A stretch of DNA of 64,000 nucleotides from assembly GCF_009914755.1 (NCBI RefSeq), contig NC_060928.1. The stretch is one strand, 5' to 3'. Shown one piece after another: positions 29,313-46,040 of the stretch. The notes beneath the pieces are model-generated. The model was not told where the DNA came from. It worked only from the letters and a program-made list of their open reading frames with translations, and did not search any database. The stretch is from the human T2T-CHM13v2.0 reference genome, Homo sapiens. Numbering within the stretch: the stretch's first letter is position 1; every line of letters begins with the position of its first letter. The translations under genes were made by a program, and so were the position numbers.

Positions 29313-32300
29313 TGAGAATTGAAGCCCCACATGAGAACCAGCCCTGGCAGCATCACGGGAGCCCCACTTTGAATGGATATTTTTCTGGACTGCACATGCT
29401 GAGAAGGTGGCAGGGATGTGTACTGTAGCCCGAAATACAGAAAACAAGGGGAGCCTGCTCTTGAGAGCACACGGGTTGCCCCATGACGCTGTCTGGGATG
29501 TGGTTCTGCGCCTCTCCATCCATTGCTCTGTCCATAGCTCTGACTGCCAGCCTCTCCAGGGTGTGTGGCCTGGGAGTGAGCAGCCCTGTGAACTTCAGTA
29601 TGGACCTTCTGTGGCCAGCAGCCAAGTCTGCAGAAATGAGTTCTGGAACTCAGGGCCTCTCTGTCTGTCTCCCTCTCACACACCCCCCAGGTCAGGGGAC
29701 AGCGCTGGCAGGATGTCTTAGCTTCGTGGGATTCTCTTGCACTTTCTCACTACACTTCAACAGGACATGCAGCAGGAGCTTCTCCAACAGGCTGCGTGCG
29801 TATGTGTGCGATTTATGAGTTTTGTGATGTCTGAGCCACGGAAGTAAGCTAAAATAAGAAATGTGCCTTGTGCAGGACCCATATATTATAACAGATCCGT
29901 CTTCTTTATGTGAGTCAAAACTCATCTTTGACTAAGATATTTCTGTTCCCAAACTGGCTTCTCTGAATACATATGTAGATTCTGGCCTAAGCTGGGCCTA
30001 GTGAAATTCTATCCCTATAATGTTCTCTTGTAAAATGAATAGAGAACTTAAAATCCCCTGTTGTTTGCAGTAGATTTATCAGATTTGTGCCAAGCTTAAG
30101 TGCTCTTGGAAAGATTTTGCTGATAGTGTCTGTAAGTCAGCTTGCTTGGGCACTTGTGTTTACTTAGAAATGTGATTAATTAAGAGCATAAATAGTGTTA
30201 AGTGCCTCTCTGCGGAGAGACCACAGGGTCCCTCTTTTGCCTTTGGTGGCCCCATCTTAAACACACATAGTTCAGGGGGTCTTGCACGTGGCTCTGTGCT
30301 AAGGATTTAATATGTTAACCCATACATTAAAACAACACTGTTCAAGTGAAAGAGATTATTCATATTTTCCAAAAAGACACAGAATAAAATAATATTCAAT
30401 TTAGAGACTTGCAGAAACTAGGTTTGTACATGCATCATTTTTGTAAATTAAATACTAATTAAAATGCAACTATAATTGTTTCTTTCCAGGCATATAAGAC
30501 TTTCTGCAGGCACTTCCAAATAAATTTCACAACTTGCCCCTATCTAGACAAAATTCCTGAGGGGACAGGGGGAAGTAGGCAAACCAAGTAGAACTGACAA
30601 GCCCAGAAAAAACACAAATCTACATGGTTCAAAAAGTGGTAAGTCTCTGGCTGTGCTGGCATTACACAGGCTATGGAAGATCGAGAGGCATCTTGCCCCA
30701 AGAAAAGTGTCCAGCACAGTGCCTGGTATATAATATACGGAGCACTACAGATGCTAAGAGACATGTTAGCCTCTCCCACCTCTACTCTGGGATCCCACGG
30801 CCTTCAACACTCCACTCTTCCCTGCCGGCCCTCAGCAAGTGGCACAGAATGAAAGTGTCCCGTGCCATCTGTGTGTTGCCTCTTCCTCCTTGACCCACAG
30901 CCCGACTCTATTCCCCAGCTCTTTTGCAGCTAAGAGGGACCAGGGGACTTGAGTTCTGGCCAGCGGAACACAGATGGACATACACGCACACCACTTCCAG
31001 GCCTGGCCTCTGAAACCTCCCAAAAGACCCTGCATGTTTGCCCTCTTTATTCTTCTCTCAGCCAAATACAGAGGATCCAGTGGAGAATTCCGAAGCCCAA
31101 GTGGCTGGCAGAACCATTAGGTAGAGCGAGCCGCAGTCCCCAGACCACACCACCCAACTCACGGCAGCCTCTATGTTGGACTGAGCAGTGAACCACAAAC
31201 ATTTTGTACTGAGATTTGGGCTTGTTTCTCTTAGCAAAGGGTGTTGCTTACCCTAATACAACACACCTTACCGAATTAAGACCCCCAACATTTTCTAGCT
31301 ACGTGCCTCCTCTACCAGTAGCCTATCCTGTCAGCTTTGACTAAACAAAGAATGAGAAAAAACAAAACAAAACTTTTTTTTCAGCAGAAAGTAAACATAC
31401 ACATGACACATGCAGAGACTCACTGAAGCTTATAGACCAGCACCCACATACACTGAGATTTTTAAGACATCTTCACTGAAATATATGAATTCCTGTATTC
31501 ATAAAAGAGAATGCATGAAAAGGTACTTGCACTCATAAAAATCATGACCAAATACAGTGGAGCATTGCTCAGATGAATCACTCTTCCCGCCTGCTTCTCA
31601 TTCATGGTCTACAAAGCTTGGAGAGTCATCCCAGGCCTGAGACACATCCAATAAGCCTACCAACTGAATTGTCCTGATCTACAAAACACATGTTCATAAC
31701 CAGTTTAAACCACCAATTCAAACAAGTCTCTACTGCCAAAATACTTAAGGAAAATGTTCTCAGGTAACAGTGTTATCCTGGGAATAGTGCATCAGATAGG
31801 GGTCAAGGCTAAGTTGGCTTAAGATCTCAGTAGAATCTCCAAGAGTTATGAGTACAAATGGCTGGTAAAATGAGCTGGGAGCACCAGCTTCTGGGTCCAG
31901 CCTGCCCTTTCTGGAGGAGAATGCAGATTTAACTCAAGAGGCAGAGCCAGTTGGTGAAAATATAAACATTTACATGGTTTATATGTGGCCACCAGCACTT
32001 TCTCCAGGGTTCCCATATGGAAGGGATCTTAAATTACAAACAGAGGTAACTCTCCCTCTGAGTCTTGTCTTCCCTCATTGGGCTAGGCCCGCTGGGTTTT
32101 GTTTTTATGCTTTAGAACTTCCTGATTCCACTTTCCAAAATGAAAATTTGTCTTCTTTAGATAGGAAAATACCTCATGACTTTAAACAAATTCAGAAATG
32201 TCTAGTTATTTGCATAGCTTAACTCAATTTACCTTTCATCAAGGAAAACAATGTTTAAGGAGCCAATTCATTGCCTGAAAATGTTTAAATCTACATTGAA

Positions 32301-32681
32301 TCAGCGTAGGAGATATAATCACTTCTGTTAGGTTGATCGGAAAAGAAAAAGAAGGAAAACTACCCTTAGATATTTTATTTTAACTTATTTAAGACATACA
32401 AATACACATGCATTTGCCTCTCATCTGGTGCAAAGCCAGTCACTTCAGCTCCAAATCACAAGCTCGAGGGAGACAAGAATGACCCCATCGACTCACGGAA
32501 TCACACTGTCTACACAGAGTGGGTACTTCAGAGACAGCACTCAGTCATCACAGACTCTGTCTCAAGACACAGGTGACTTTGCTCATTTGATTCTTCGGTG
32601 ACTAGAATAGGCAGAGGGCTAGGCCCTCATCCAACCACGCACTCCTTCCCACCCTCATTCCCAAACACTGGGAATAACTGC

Positions 32682-33420
<739 letters not shown>

Positions 33421-34585
33421 ACTCCACCCCAGCCAGCTATTGCTCCTGCTGGATGGTTATACCTCATGGGTGCTGGAGCAGAACATCTCTGAGCAGCTGT
33501 GTTTCAGAGCAGGTAGAGGAACTATCATTAATGACAACTGCTGACAACCTGAGCCCCCTACCAAGCAAAGGGCAGCAATCGGGGCCCAGTGAGCACAAGG
33601 GCAAGAGGCCACACATAGTCTCTGAGGACAAGGATCTTGAATGCGGATCCTTAACCATCCCCCTTAAAAAGTTGATTTATATTTGGTGTGCACTCAATTC
33701 AAAGGCCTGAGTTCAAATAAATGCCTTTTGAAAAGACTTCCATGGAAAATACTAGAGCCAAAGAAGTTTGTCACTTGAAGGGTTAAGTGTGGCTTCTCTG
33801 AAAAATATACTTATCACCTCCACCTTCCAGCACTCCCATTTGGTTAAATGTGTTCATTATTTATAATGAAGTGAACACAATCTGTCCACTCCTGGGCTCA
33901 CATTTTCCCATGGCTGGTATGGGTGAAACTGAGACCAAATAAGTGATTCTGGGGGGACCCAAACAGTACGATGGCCTCGGGTCCTGGAGTTCACCAAATT
34001 TCCTGACTGAGCCTATTTCCTTATGCTGTGGCTGAGTTGCACCTGTCTGAGTTTAGTACCTGAGTGATATGCATTGAAAAACCATTTTCTGCTACAACAG
34101 GGCTGTACTTTTCAGTTTCTCAGAGCACTTTCGTTAAACCCTTCAAATCCTCACATCCACATGACTAAACTGTTCAGTTTGGTTTTTGATAAAAGGATTG
34201 AAGCTTCAGACTTTTAGAAGCCAAGCCATATTTATCAGACGTGTCGAATGTATCCCCGGTGCCTCCACAAATATAACAAAGTACCCTGGAGAGGGAGGTC
34301 TCCCTTTTTTTTTATTTAAAATGCAAGTTGAACACCTTTAGGGTACTTTTTTCCTATATCAGTTCCTCTCCTTTAGCTGACTGGAGTGGCTTCTCCCTGC
34401 AGGACTGACACACGTTGGCTTTTACTAGAATTAATGGTGGCACGAACTCACTCTGCAAGTAAGGAGCTCAGAAAACATGCTGCCCGGGAAGCTATTCCTG
34501 TGAAAACATCTGGACCAGTCTGGCCTGTGTAGCTTCCTGGCAGCCATGTGCTCACAGCCACGTGTGGACTGTGATTTTACTTTAC

Positions 34586-34814
34586 CTGGATGTAGCATGT
34601 GGTACAGCCCAGCCCGTAACTGGGAAGATTATCATTTCCAGTTCCTTTAGAGGAAGCGAGTACTCAGGTTGCACAGGGTGAAGGGACGCTCCAGGGATCT
34701 CCTGGAGCCTGATATCCTGACCATTGCAGTGCAGCCACCCTGATGATGGGGCGGCTGGGCTGGGGCTCCCCGACAGTGCGATGGGCCATGGGCCGGGTTC
34801 CTGTGCTGCCGCCC
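34586..34814 (-). other. PROM1: Candidate 229-nt cassette (poison) exon of PROM1
   Basis: Branch-like CCTTAAC, pyrimidine tract and ctccag| acceptor; CCAG|GTAAAG donor; open in the frame of coding exon 1. Confidence 0.5.
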
Positions 34815-35710
34815 CTGGAGAATCCAGAGAGTGGGGGTTAAGGACCACTGCCAAAATATTTGTGGATTCCGACGGCATTTCTTTCCCTAAGACATTCCTG
34901 GAAAGCATAATTCCATTTACAGCCTTTGTCCCTGCTGTTCCTGGGGGAAAGATTACTGGGAGGACCTTTGAAAGGAATGTTATTTGAATCTGTGTGGAGG
35001 TCCATGTGAGATCACAAACGCTGCTGTGAGAATGTGAATCAGCCAAACCCTGTTCTGTTCTACATGGAAAAAGGCTCAGCTGTCAACAATGGCTTCCCCA
35101 GGACAGGCAGTATGATTAGAAGCAGTTGTGAAGGGGAAATGATTTTCCTTATATATAGTTTGAGCTCACGTAAATTTGTTTTAATTAAATGTTTAAAATA
35201 AAATAATTTTATTAATCTGGTACTCTATCTCCCTCTTCCCCCACCCACAAATAAGAAATACGCACTTCTTGACAAAACAAAGTTAAAAATGCTGGTTCCT
35301 GTAAATCAGATCTCACCATATTCTTATGTAGGATATGTGACCTAGAACAATTTTTACAGTATTTCAGCATGTAGTGTTTGTCATAAGAAACTTACCAACT
35401 ACCAGTCATAATTGTACTGAATAAGAGGACTCTGATCTCCTTAAATTTATATATATATATAAGATATGTATATATAGTTTATTATTATATTCAATAGGAC
35501 ATGAACAAGATGATGAATTTTTTCTTGTAAATTGATGTGGATGGTCTGCCACTGCAGGCTTCAGCTTCAGCATTGTCTCATTCCTTCTTAAAATGAGTTA
35601 CCCATTTGCGAACTGTGATTTCTTTGAGGCATTGTCCCCACACAATATGTGTAAAGCATCCATTATTTCACTATTCTTCCACCCAAGCTTCACCATAAAT
35701 TTGATGTTTG

Positions 35711-36385
<675 letters not shown>

Positions 36386-36594
36386 TAATCCAGGCTATTT
36401 TAAAACTGATGTCTTATCCTTCTTAGTGAACCAAACTAGTACCTATTCAGATATCTTAGAAGAAGTTAATATAAGTTTATTCTGATGCAAAAAAATTTTG
36501 AAATCCATGCATAGTTTTTTCCATATACACATTTTCCATGAACGTTTTGAAATCCCTTCATATATTTAATGGCATGGTCAGACTATATTCCCAA

Positions 36595-37000
36595 AAATGC
36601 TTAATAGGCACAAATACATTTCAGAGTCTGTACTGCATTCTAAGGATACAAGGATGACAAGATGCAATCCATGCTGTTAATAGGCTCACTGCCTACTGGG
36701 AAGACAGATAGTAAACAAAATAAAGTAGGTGTGCTGTGTGGGGAGATGCAGGCATATAAGGCTCAGCATCAGCTGGCTAGGTTGGGAGAGTTATGAGGAG
36801 TAAAGACTTACTAGAGCAGATAATATGTGAGCTGCGTCTTAAAAGAAGAGTAGAAATATCCAACTACTAAGTGAAGGGAAAAAACTCCAGGGACAGGGAA
36901 CAGCATGTTCAAAGTTATTCAGACATGAGACAACATGACAGGCTGAAGGAAATGCAAGTAACTGGCACTGCTTAAATAAAAATGCCAGGATGGGAGATGA
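36595..37000 (-). mobile_element. L2 fragment
   Basis: CAGGGACAGGGAACAGCATGTTCAAAG and related L2 3' motifs. Confidence 0.6.
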
Positions 37001-38207
37001 GGAAAGACAGGCAATTACCATAGCAGTTAGGAGCAGAGAACTCCAGCCCTGCTATTTAATGGCTGTGTGGCCTTGGGCAGGTGGCTTAGCCACTCTGTGC
37101 CTTCGTTTCCTCTTCTATAAATGTTATGCCATTATTATCACTAACAACCTTTTGAGTGCTGGGAAACATTAACAAATGATCAGCTGTGAACTCTCTAACC
37201 ACTCTAAATATCCATCGTCCTGTGAGGTGAAGAAGGCACCTATTGTGTGCCAAGCCCTCTCTGAGCACGGAATGAGTTGATTTTACGCTACAAGATGCTG
37301 AGTGTGGGGTTTTGGCCACAGGTTGAGTGCAACACGTAAGGCCTCATCAGGATGTGCTTTGTGAGTTCAGACTGTAAAGTGTCTTCCCCTTTGTGCCCAA
37401 CAGCAGAGCCACTAAGGCTGCCTGGTCAGGTGGTCAAGACCCAGACTGTCTTTGGACACGGAATGGTTTTTCTCCCAGCCGAGCAAACTGGAACCAGGTT
37501 TCTGACCCTGGTTTAATGAGCCCGGCATTTTAACAGAGTCTTCCAATTATTCATCGCAGCTGAGAGCAGAGTCAGAAACTCCAAATGAGACTGGGATTTG
37601 TAAGAACTCGGTAGCCCTCCAAGAAACTTCCTAGAATCCAATACAAACATGACATCTTCTAATTTGCTTTGAATCTCTCCTACATAAAGTTCTATATAAT
37701 GTCCGAAAACAAAACCCCAAATGAAAAGGGAGGGAATGAAATGCCCAAAGGCTACCTTCTTTCAATCTAAACACAAAACAAACCAGCTTCTCTGTTGGAT
37801 CTATATCTACGCCTGTTTATGAGCTATGGGATTGGAAACCCACAGCCAGTGTGGAGATGAAAAGGAATGCTTTGTGAGAGCTGAGCCTGAACGCTCGTGA
37901 ACCTCCACTGAGAATGCCAGGCTAAATCAAGCCTCCTTGGCAACTGAAGAAGTACCCAGCCTTTCCGACTGCTTCTACATCTCCACGTCTCCAGCCTTAC
38001 TCACTGCACTCCCACAGAATCCACAGCCCTGAGCTCTGTTCTGGCCACTCACAAAATCACCATCAGGTCCTTGGGAGATACTGAAATAAGCAGATTTCCC
38101 CATTTCTACAACATGGTATCAGAATGCTCCCGACACAGCAGAATGCCCCCTAATAAATGGAAAAGAAGTGACAGAACACCACCACTTTACAGCACTATAG
38201 TAAATGC

Positions 38208-38510
38208 TTTATTTTTTATTTCTTGAGACAGAGTCTTACTTGGTCACTCAGGCTGGAGTGCAGTGGTGTGATCTCGGCTCACTGCAGCCTTAACCTCCCT
38301 GGGCTCAGGTGATCCTCCCACCTCAGTCTTCTGAGTAGCTGGGACTACAGGTGCACAACACCAACATGCCTGGCTAATGTTTGTATTTTTTCTAGAAACG
38401 AGGCTTTGCCGTGTTGCCTAGGTTGGTGTCAAACTCTTGGGCTCAAGTGATCCGCCTACTTCAGCTTCCCAAAGTGCTGGGATTACAGGTGTGAGCCACA
38501 GGGCCTGGCG
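38208..38510 (-). mobile_element. AluJ
   Basis: Full dimer; degenerate TSD GTAAATGCTTTATT/GTAAGTGATTTATT. Confidence 0.92.
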
Positions 38511-39542
38511 GTAAGTGATTTATTAAGGCAAGAATAACCTATGAATGCTAAAAGCCCTAGGCAAATGATTGTTGGGGAACAGGATAGTATATGGAAAAAT
38601 CTGGAAGACACTACCTTACCCACATTGTTAATTTCACCAGTAATGAGACAAATTGACATCATGAGCCTCCTACTGTGATAACAGTGAAAGGGCATGTCAT
38701 TTATGTAGTGCCACAGACGAAATATTTAATTTGAATAAAAGCTATAAAAAAATTAATGTAAATATTTGAGAAATGTAAATATCAACTGTTTGGGAGACAA
38801 AAGTGTCATAACAATGCGAAATGTCCTGCATGTCATATTTGCATGTGGTTATGTAAGAAAATGACCTGAGGTGCATGCTGAAGTATTTCACTGTGTGGCA
38901 AAATATTAACAACTGTTGAATCCAGGTAGAGAATAAGCAGGTGTTCATCTGTACTACTTTTGCAATGTTTTTCAGGTTTGAGGTTATTCAAAATAAAAGT
39001 CTGAAATGAAAAAAGTTGTTGGACCTCTTTCTGTTTTTCTCTACAATCACTTTCCCTTTTCCAAACTCCACTTGCCAGTTAACCAGCTAACTAATTTTCC
39101 TCGTTTATCAAGCTCAAAACTTTTTGACTCAGTTTTGGAGAAAAACCACAATGTTTAAGAGTTTCTTTCTCCCTTGTTGTGATTCCGATTCAAGGGAAGG
39201 AAAGAAACAGTAAAAAAGATAACTGAGAAAATATGGGCACTAAACTTAATGATGATACTTAAGAGTAAAATAATTAGAATTCTTATTAACTTTGGTAATT
39301 TGGTAATGACACTATGGATAGTCAATATTCTCTAGAAATGCACGCTGTGGTGGGAGGGAAAATGACGTTATGTTTGGGTTTGCTTTAAATGCTTCAGCAA
39401 AGAAAAATGGAAAGAAAAGATAAATAAAGCAAATATGATAAAACCAAATAATTTTTTATCTGGGCCACTGGCATATGGGGATTCACTGTATTCTTTCTGG
39501 TTTTGAGTAGGTGTGGAATTTTTCATTATAGACAATTTATAA

Positions 39543-39907
<365 letters not shown>

Positions 39908-40107
39908 CTACTTTTAATGAAGTCACTCACTAATTATTCTTTTGGCCTCTCATCTCTCTTCTACTCCATTCCATTCTATACAGCGCTATCAAGTTAATCA
40001 GTCTATCTAACCCCTTTTACGCGGCCTCCATCAATTGTCTTTAAAGCTACCCACAATGTAACCCTACCCTTCCAATTCAAATCAAAGTGAAATCAGGCTT
40101 TGGAGTC

Positions 40108-40240
40108 AGAGTGACCAAACACATATCTTGATTTGTCCAGACAGCCCTGGTTTACATCTGCTGTTCTAGCATAATCATTACCAGCGCTCTCTTTTATTCT
40201 CAAAAGGTGCCGGTTTAAATGACAAATATATGGTCACCAT
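40108..40240. mobile_element. hAT-Blackjack-like MITE inserted in a MIR
   Basis: Terminal inverted repeats GTGACCA / TGGTCAC with MIR-like sequence on both sides. Confidence 0.5.
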
Positions 40241-43200
40241 AAATCAAGTGATCCTGAGTTCAAATTCCAGGTCAGAAACTTAATGCTGTGTAACTTTAGC
40301 AAATTATTTAAATTCCCTGGGCCTCAATTTTCTCATCTGTAAAATGAAGGTAATAATACTCATCATTAAAAAATAATGTGTGAAAATCTTAGCAAGATGC
40401 CCAATACATATTGAGCAATTAATAGAGTTGCTATAATTATGTCTCCCTTCAAATGAGACCCCTTCAATCCAGCCAGATCCCCGACCTCCCAAAGCATGCC
40501 TTTGTTCATGCCCCCTCTGAGGTCTGCTGATGCTATTTCCCCACCTATCAAAACCCTCCCTATAATGGTCAGTACTCGAGTTCCGGGGGGGAAAAAAATC
40601 ATCCCTATCCTCAAAGTTAAATGTGAGGTCCTCAGCTGATTTCCCTCATCACTAAATCCCTGCAACTCATAACTCACTTGTGACATTTAATGATCCACTG
40701 GCTTACATGTTCCCTGGACTATTTATTCTACGTAAATACATTTGTCTACTCTGCTAGAGAGACTGTTCATTCCTTAAAGCAGAAGATGTTCTCTCTGCCA
40801 CACAAATCCTGTAACTCCTAACCCAGTGCTGTCCACCTGTAGCAATTGCTTAGTAAAACTTGCATGCCCCAAATGAGACATCTAAATGAGATCTAAGAAC
40901 CTAGCATTCTCCTAGGCAAGACTATTTTCCTTGGAGAAACAAAATGTGGATTCATAATCACAGTACCATTCTTGATAAATTAGGCTGGTCATGGTGGCTT
41001 ACGTCTACAGTTCCAGCTACTCAGGAGGCTGAGGCAGGAGGATCACTTGTGTGCTGAGATAACCTCCCAGGCAAAAATTCCCCTTGTCCTCTTTCTGGCT
41101 TCGTTATCCTACCAGCTCTCATTTGGCTGCAGGGTCTTAAATGAGCAGGCTTCTCCTATCTGGGCCTTTGTGTTCTCATCTACAAAATGGAAGTAGGGAA
41201 TTGAATAATTATTTCTGATCGGAAGATCTCCCCAAACTCACAAATTCCCTAGAACCAAATAGCCTAATACCAATTCACGGTAAACAGCCTAGGGAAAGGG
41301 TTTTCGTCTGAAGAGAGGCTGTCACGGAATCAATAATAAAAAGACTAAGACTCTGCTACATAGCTAGGCAGAGGCATTTCACAGACAAACCCCTTAGAAA
41401 GGAAACAGATGTGAAAACGGTCAACCTTGACGGTAATGAGAAATATATATTTTTAAAAATGCAATGTCATAGCCTTTACAATTCCATTTTCTAAATACCC
41501 AACACATTACTAGTGGTGGCATAAACATCACAGACCTTCTGGTGGATTGATAATTCTTTCAAAAACTTGGAAATTAATCGTATCTTTTGGCTAAGAATGT
41601 TCTGGGAAAAGAATCCTAAACACAAACAAAAACATTTCCTGCATATCTAACCCTAGTAGAAATCTGGAAGTCAAAACAGGGAGGGGTGAGTGAGTCTGCA
41701 AGTGACTCTGTCCATATTCTCCATGAAGAGTAAGGTCTCTAGCTGGCAGAGGAGAGTTCAGGGTAGAGATTTGAGAAGAGAAGAGGACGTGTGCAAGCAG
41801 GGGGTTAGGAAAGAGGATTGACTGAGAAACAGGTCAGAGCTGTCAGGAGTACGAGCATCCTCGTGGGGGCTGTGGATATTCATTTAAGAGAGTCCAGCTG
41901 GCACAGTCGCAATTGTTTCTAGGAGCAGTCGGCCGCTTGGGTGTAGGCCTGAGGAAGTGGAGTAACCAGAAAACGCTGCAACCAGATTTAGGATTCCACC
42001 AAACAACAACCATGGTGGCAGAGGAGGGCAAGAGGATCTTTATAACGCAGGACTGTGGGTGCTCACAAAGGGAAGAGGAGGGGGCCCTGAGAGGGTACAC
42101 AAGAGTGTATCCGCTCTTGCACGCAACAATTATGGGGTACTTGCTGCGTTGTGGGCACCACTCCAGATTCTGGGGCTATTGTATGGAGGAGTGAACAAAA
42201 TCAATAGTGTTCCCCTCTTCAAGATGTTTAGAGTCTATCAAGTGAGATAAACAAATATTTATTGTAATACCAGAATAAATGCTATAAAGAAAAATGAAGC
42301 AAGGTGAGGGGTGTTGGGGTGGAAGACGATCTGTCCCTCTGAGATGACATTTGAGCAAAGGCTGGAAAGAAACAAGCCATGAAAAAAAAAAAATCGAAAG
42401 AAGAAAAAAAAGAAACGAGCCATGCAGAAGAGTCGTCCAGGCAAAGGGAATAGGCAGAGAAGCAAAGGGTCTGAGGCTTAGGAGCGTTTGGCATGTTCCA
42501 GGGAGTCGGCTGGCCTAGCTATTACAGGGGTTTGGGGCTACTACTGCAAGCTGCTGCCCATTCTCTCTGCCCATTAGGAGGCCCTGGCCATGGTCCAGGG
42601 GACTGGCAGCCTCAGCTGGGAGAGGGCAGTCCTGGTGGTCAGAAGGGGACAGATTTGAAATACACTCTCACACGAGAGCATGCGATTTCCATGCGAGCAA
42701 ATTAGTCTTCAGGAAGACTGGCCTGCTCCTGTTTTTGCAATACAACGCTTAGGAAGCTGTCATTTCTGAAGTCAGGGAGCTATTTACTTGAATTTCAGAA
42801 GGAGATACTCATTTCTTCTCAGTTTTATTTCTATGCACAAGTTATATTTGGAATGGCTCTTTAAAGAAACACAATTCCTTGCCAGGCAGGCATCCGGGTA
42901 GTCAGTCATTTGTACACAGATCTGGCACATAAAACTCAGCATGTCACAATCAATCACCCTTCTGGAAGCCTGCTGTCCAAATCTCATTAGGCTGAGCTTC
43001 TGGGTCAGCCAGTTTCCAAGAGGATATAAAAACGTATACAACCTCCTCTTTCCCAGGATGCAGTCAGGTTCGAAGAGAGCCTTCATCTCAATTAGTAAAC
43101 ATGTCCTAATTTCATCAGTGACAGCATCAGATTGAAACATTTCAAATCATAATTCGGGAACTTAGAGACTCCTACATGAAGTAATCAACGCTAAGGAAAA

Positions 43201-44103
43201 ACCAAATGTGAACAGTCACATCACCACCTTCTGGCTCCCAGGGTGAGCTAAGAAGCTTCTTCTCCACAGGCTTCTTCAACAGAATCTTTGTCTCTCCAGC
43301 CATTTTCTGTAAACTAATCACCACTCTCCTTGCAAGGCTAAAGAAACTTCTTTCATCCAGGCTGATGGGGAAAACAGATCTTCTCTATTTCCCTTCTCTA
43401 GTTTTAAATTATCGACTCTTCTTATTTTAATCCCACTCAAGAAAGATTAGGATTTTTATTTCTATTTATATCTACCTAGGTTTACAGAGATACATATAGA
43501 ATTACGATAACATAAATAAGAAGAAAGAAAAAGAAAGAAAAGCAAGCCCGGGGACCTAAGAGGAAACAGGAGCTCCATAGAGTCAGATGCTCTCTGACTG
43601 ATGGTTCCATCCCCCACAGCATTCATTCCTTACCTGTTTGCTGAACAAGGAACATACGAAGCAAAAGGTACAGCAGAGTCCTATACCTGTGGCGAAGGGT
43701 GATTCACTGTTTCAAAACTTCCCAGTAGCAGCCACCTGAAACTGTCCAGGCCAATTGTTCAGGAAAAAAAGACTAGAAAGAAGGTTTTTTTCCAAGGGCT
43801 CTCACAAAGAGGAAACTGGGACATAATCAACAAATGCCTCAACAACTGTAATGGAAGGAACAGGTTTCACTGTGCAGTTCCAGAAAACAGTGAGGAGAGA
43901 GTGAAGGGGCCTTATGAATCGCTCTAGGCATCCGGCTCACAGCTCAGGACAAAGCCCAGTGGACTTCAGAACACAACCACTGAAGGCTTTAACATTTTTT
44001 ACTGAACTAACTATAACAACTCATACTTTTTAAAAAATCACTGCTTTTCAAAAAGATAAAATTCATTCAATATTATTAGCCAAATGAGTAAAGAGGGGAA
44101 TCA

Positions 44104-44417
<314 letters not shown>

Positions 44418-45151
44418 TTAGAGGAGGAAGCCAAAACTGTCCTCAGGAGTAATTTTACAGACTTAAATGCATTTATTAGGAAATAAGCATAAAAATAAAA
44501 TAATTTACCTCAAAAGGCTAAAAAAAAGTAAATAAGCTTCCAAAAATAGAAGAATTACTAAAAATAAACTAAACAAAACAAAGATAATTTTTCAGTTAAA
44601 AGGCACATTAGGAGGCATAAAGCCCAGCTCTTAACTCTGGAGCCTAGTCATGTTGCAGCAGGGAAGACACACCTGGAAAACAAGCAGTACAGTGTCCAAA
44701 AAGGTACCTTGGGAATGGGCTAAACTCCACTGAGTAATACCTGGACAGAACCTTTATATCAAATGTTCAGAATCACTCCACTTGTTTTTCCTTTCTAGAC
44801 ATCTAGGAAGTACTGGAACTTACAAAGCATTTTCATGGAATGCATTGTTCAACCCTCCTAAATGTATTATGTAATAGCCTAGTCTAAGAGGATAATGAAA
44901 AAAACAAGATTCTGAAATCAGTCAGATATGAGTTCAAATTCCTGCTCTGCCCACTCACAAGCTATGTGACCCTTGGCTAAGTGAGTTACCCTCTCCGAGC
45001 CTCCATTTCCATGTACATAAAATAGAAATGTCCACCCCACAAGACAGTAGACAAAATTCAGTGAGCTGTTTCTGCATTTTTCTGATGTATAGGTAAACTG
45101 GTTCAACATTTATGGAGTGCCATTAGGTGATATCTATCAAAAGTGCAAACT

Positions 45152-45415
45152 GGCCAGGCTCAGAAGCTCACATCTATAATCCCAGCACTTTGGGAGGCCA
45201 AGGCAGGAGGATGGCTTGAGCCCAGGAGTTCGAGACCAGCCTGGGCAACATGGGGAGATCCTGTCTCTCTAAAAAATAAAAAAAATTAGTCGGGTGGGGT
45301 GGTGCATGCCTGTGTTCCAGCTACTGGAGAGGCTAAGGTGGGAGGATCGCCTAAGCCCAGGAGGTGGAGGCTGCAGTGAGCTACGATTGTGTCACTGCAG
45401 TCCAGCCTCAGTGAA
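45152..45415 (+). mobile_element. AluJ
   Basis: Dimer lacking a clear tail. Confidence 0.9.
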
Positions 45416-46040
45416 AAGTCACTTAGTGCAAATTCATGAAATTATAAACTGACCTGGCAATTCTATTTCTAGGAGTTTACCCCATATATATACTTGCATA
45501 TTTGTGAAATAACTAAAATAATTTATAACAATGTATATAACAGCAAAATGGTTGAAATTAATTGATAAATAATAAACTACCTCACAGCAATTAAAAAAAA
45601 TGGTAGTAAGACTGTTAGGGGTAGATCTAAAAAAATAAGGATGAGAGGGCTCTCTAGGTGCTAATATAAAATAATAATCAAGCTGTATGTTTAAAAAGAA
45701 AGCAAGGTGCCAAGTAATATATACAGTATTTTTTCACTGATGGAGACAAGACCATATACACATGTTGGCTTCTACATGCATAAAATAGGTCTGAAGAGAC
45801 ACAGACACACACAAACGCTGATAACAATGGTTGCCTATAAAGGGAGGCGGGGGGCTGAGAATCAGGAATGGGACTGAAGCTTCACACTGCATATTCCTTT
45901 GTACTTCTGAATTTTCAGTCATATAAATAGGTTATCCCTGCATTTTTTTTCCAAATTAAAGAGAAACGCATGACTAGAATTATCTACCAGATATATTAAG
46001 TTTTAAAAGCAAGGAGCAGAAGAGCATGTCAAATAATTCC

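Noticed and set aside
41800-42130. CpG-retaining segment ending GCAACA, possibly an old LTR
   Set aside because: Family and boundaries could not be assigned by eye.
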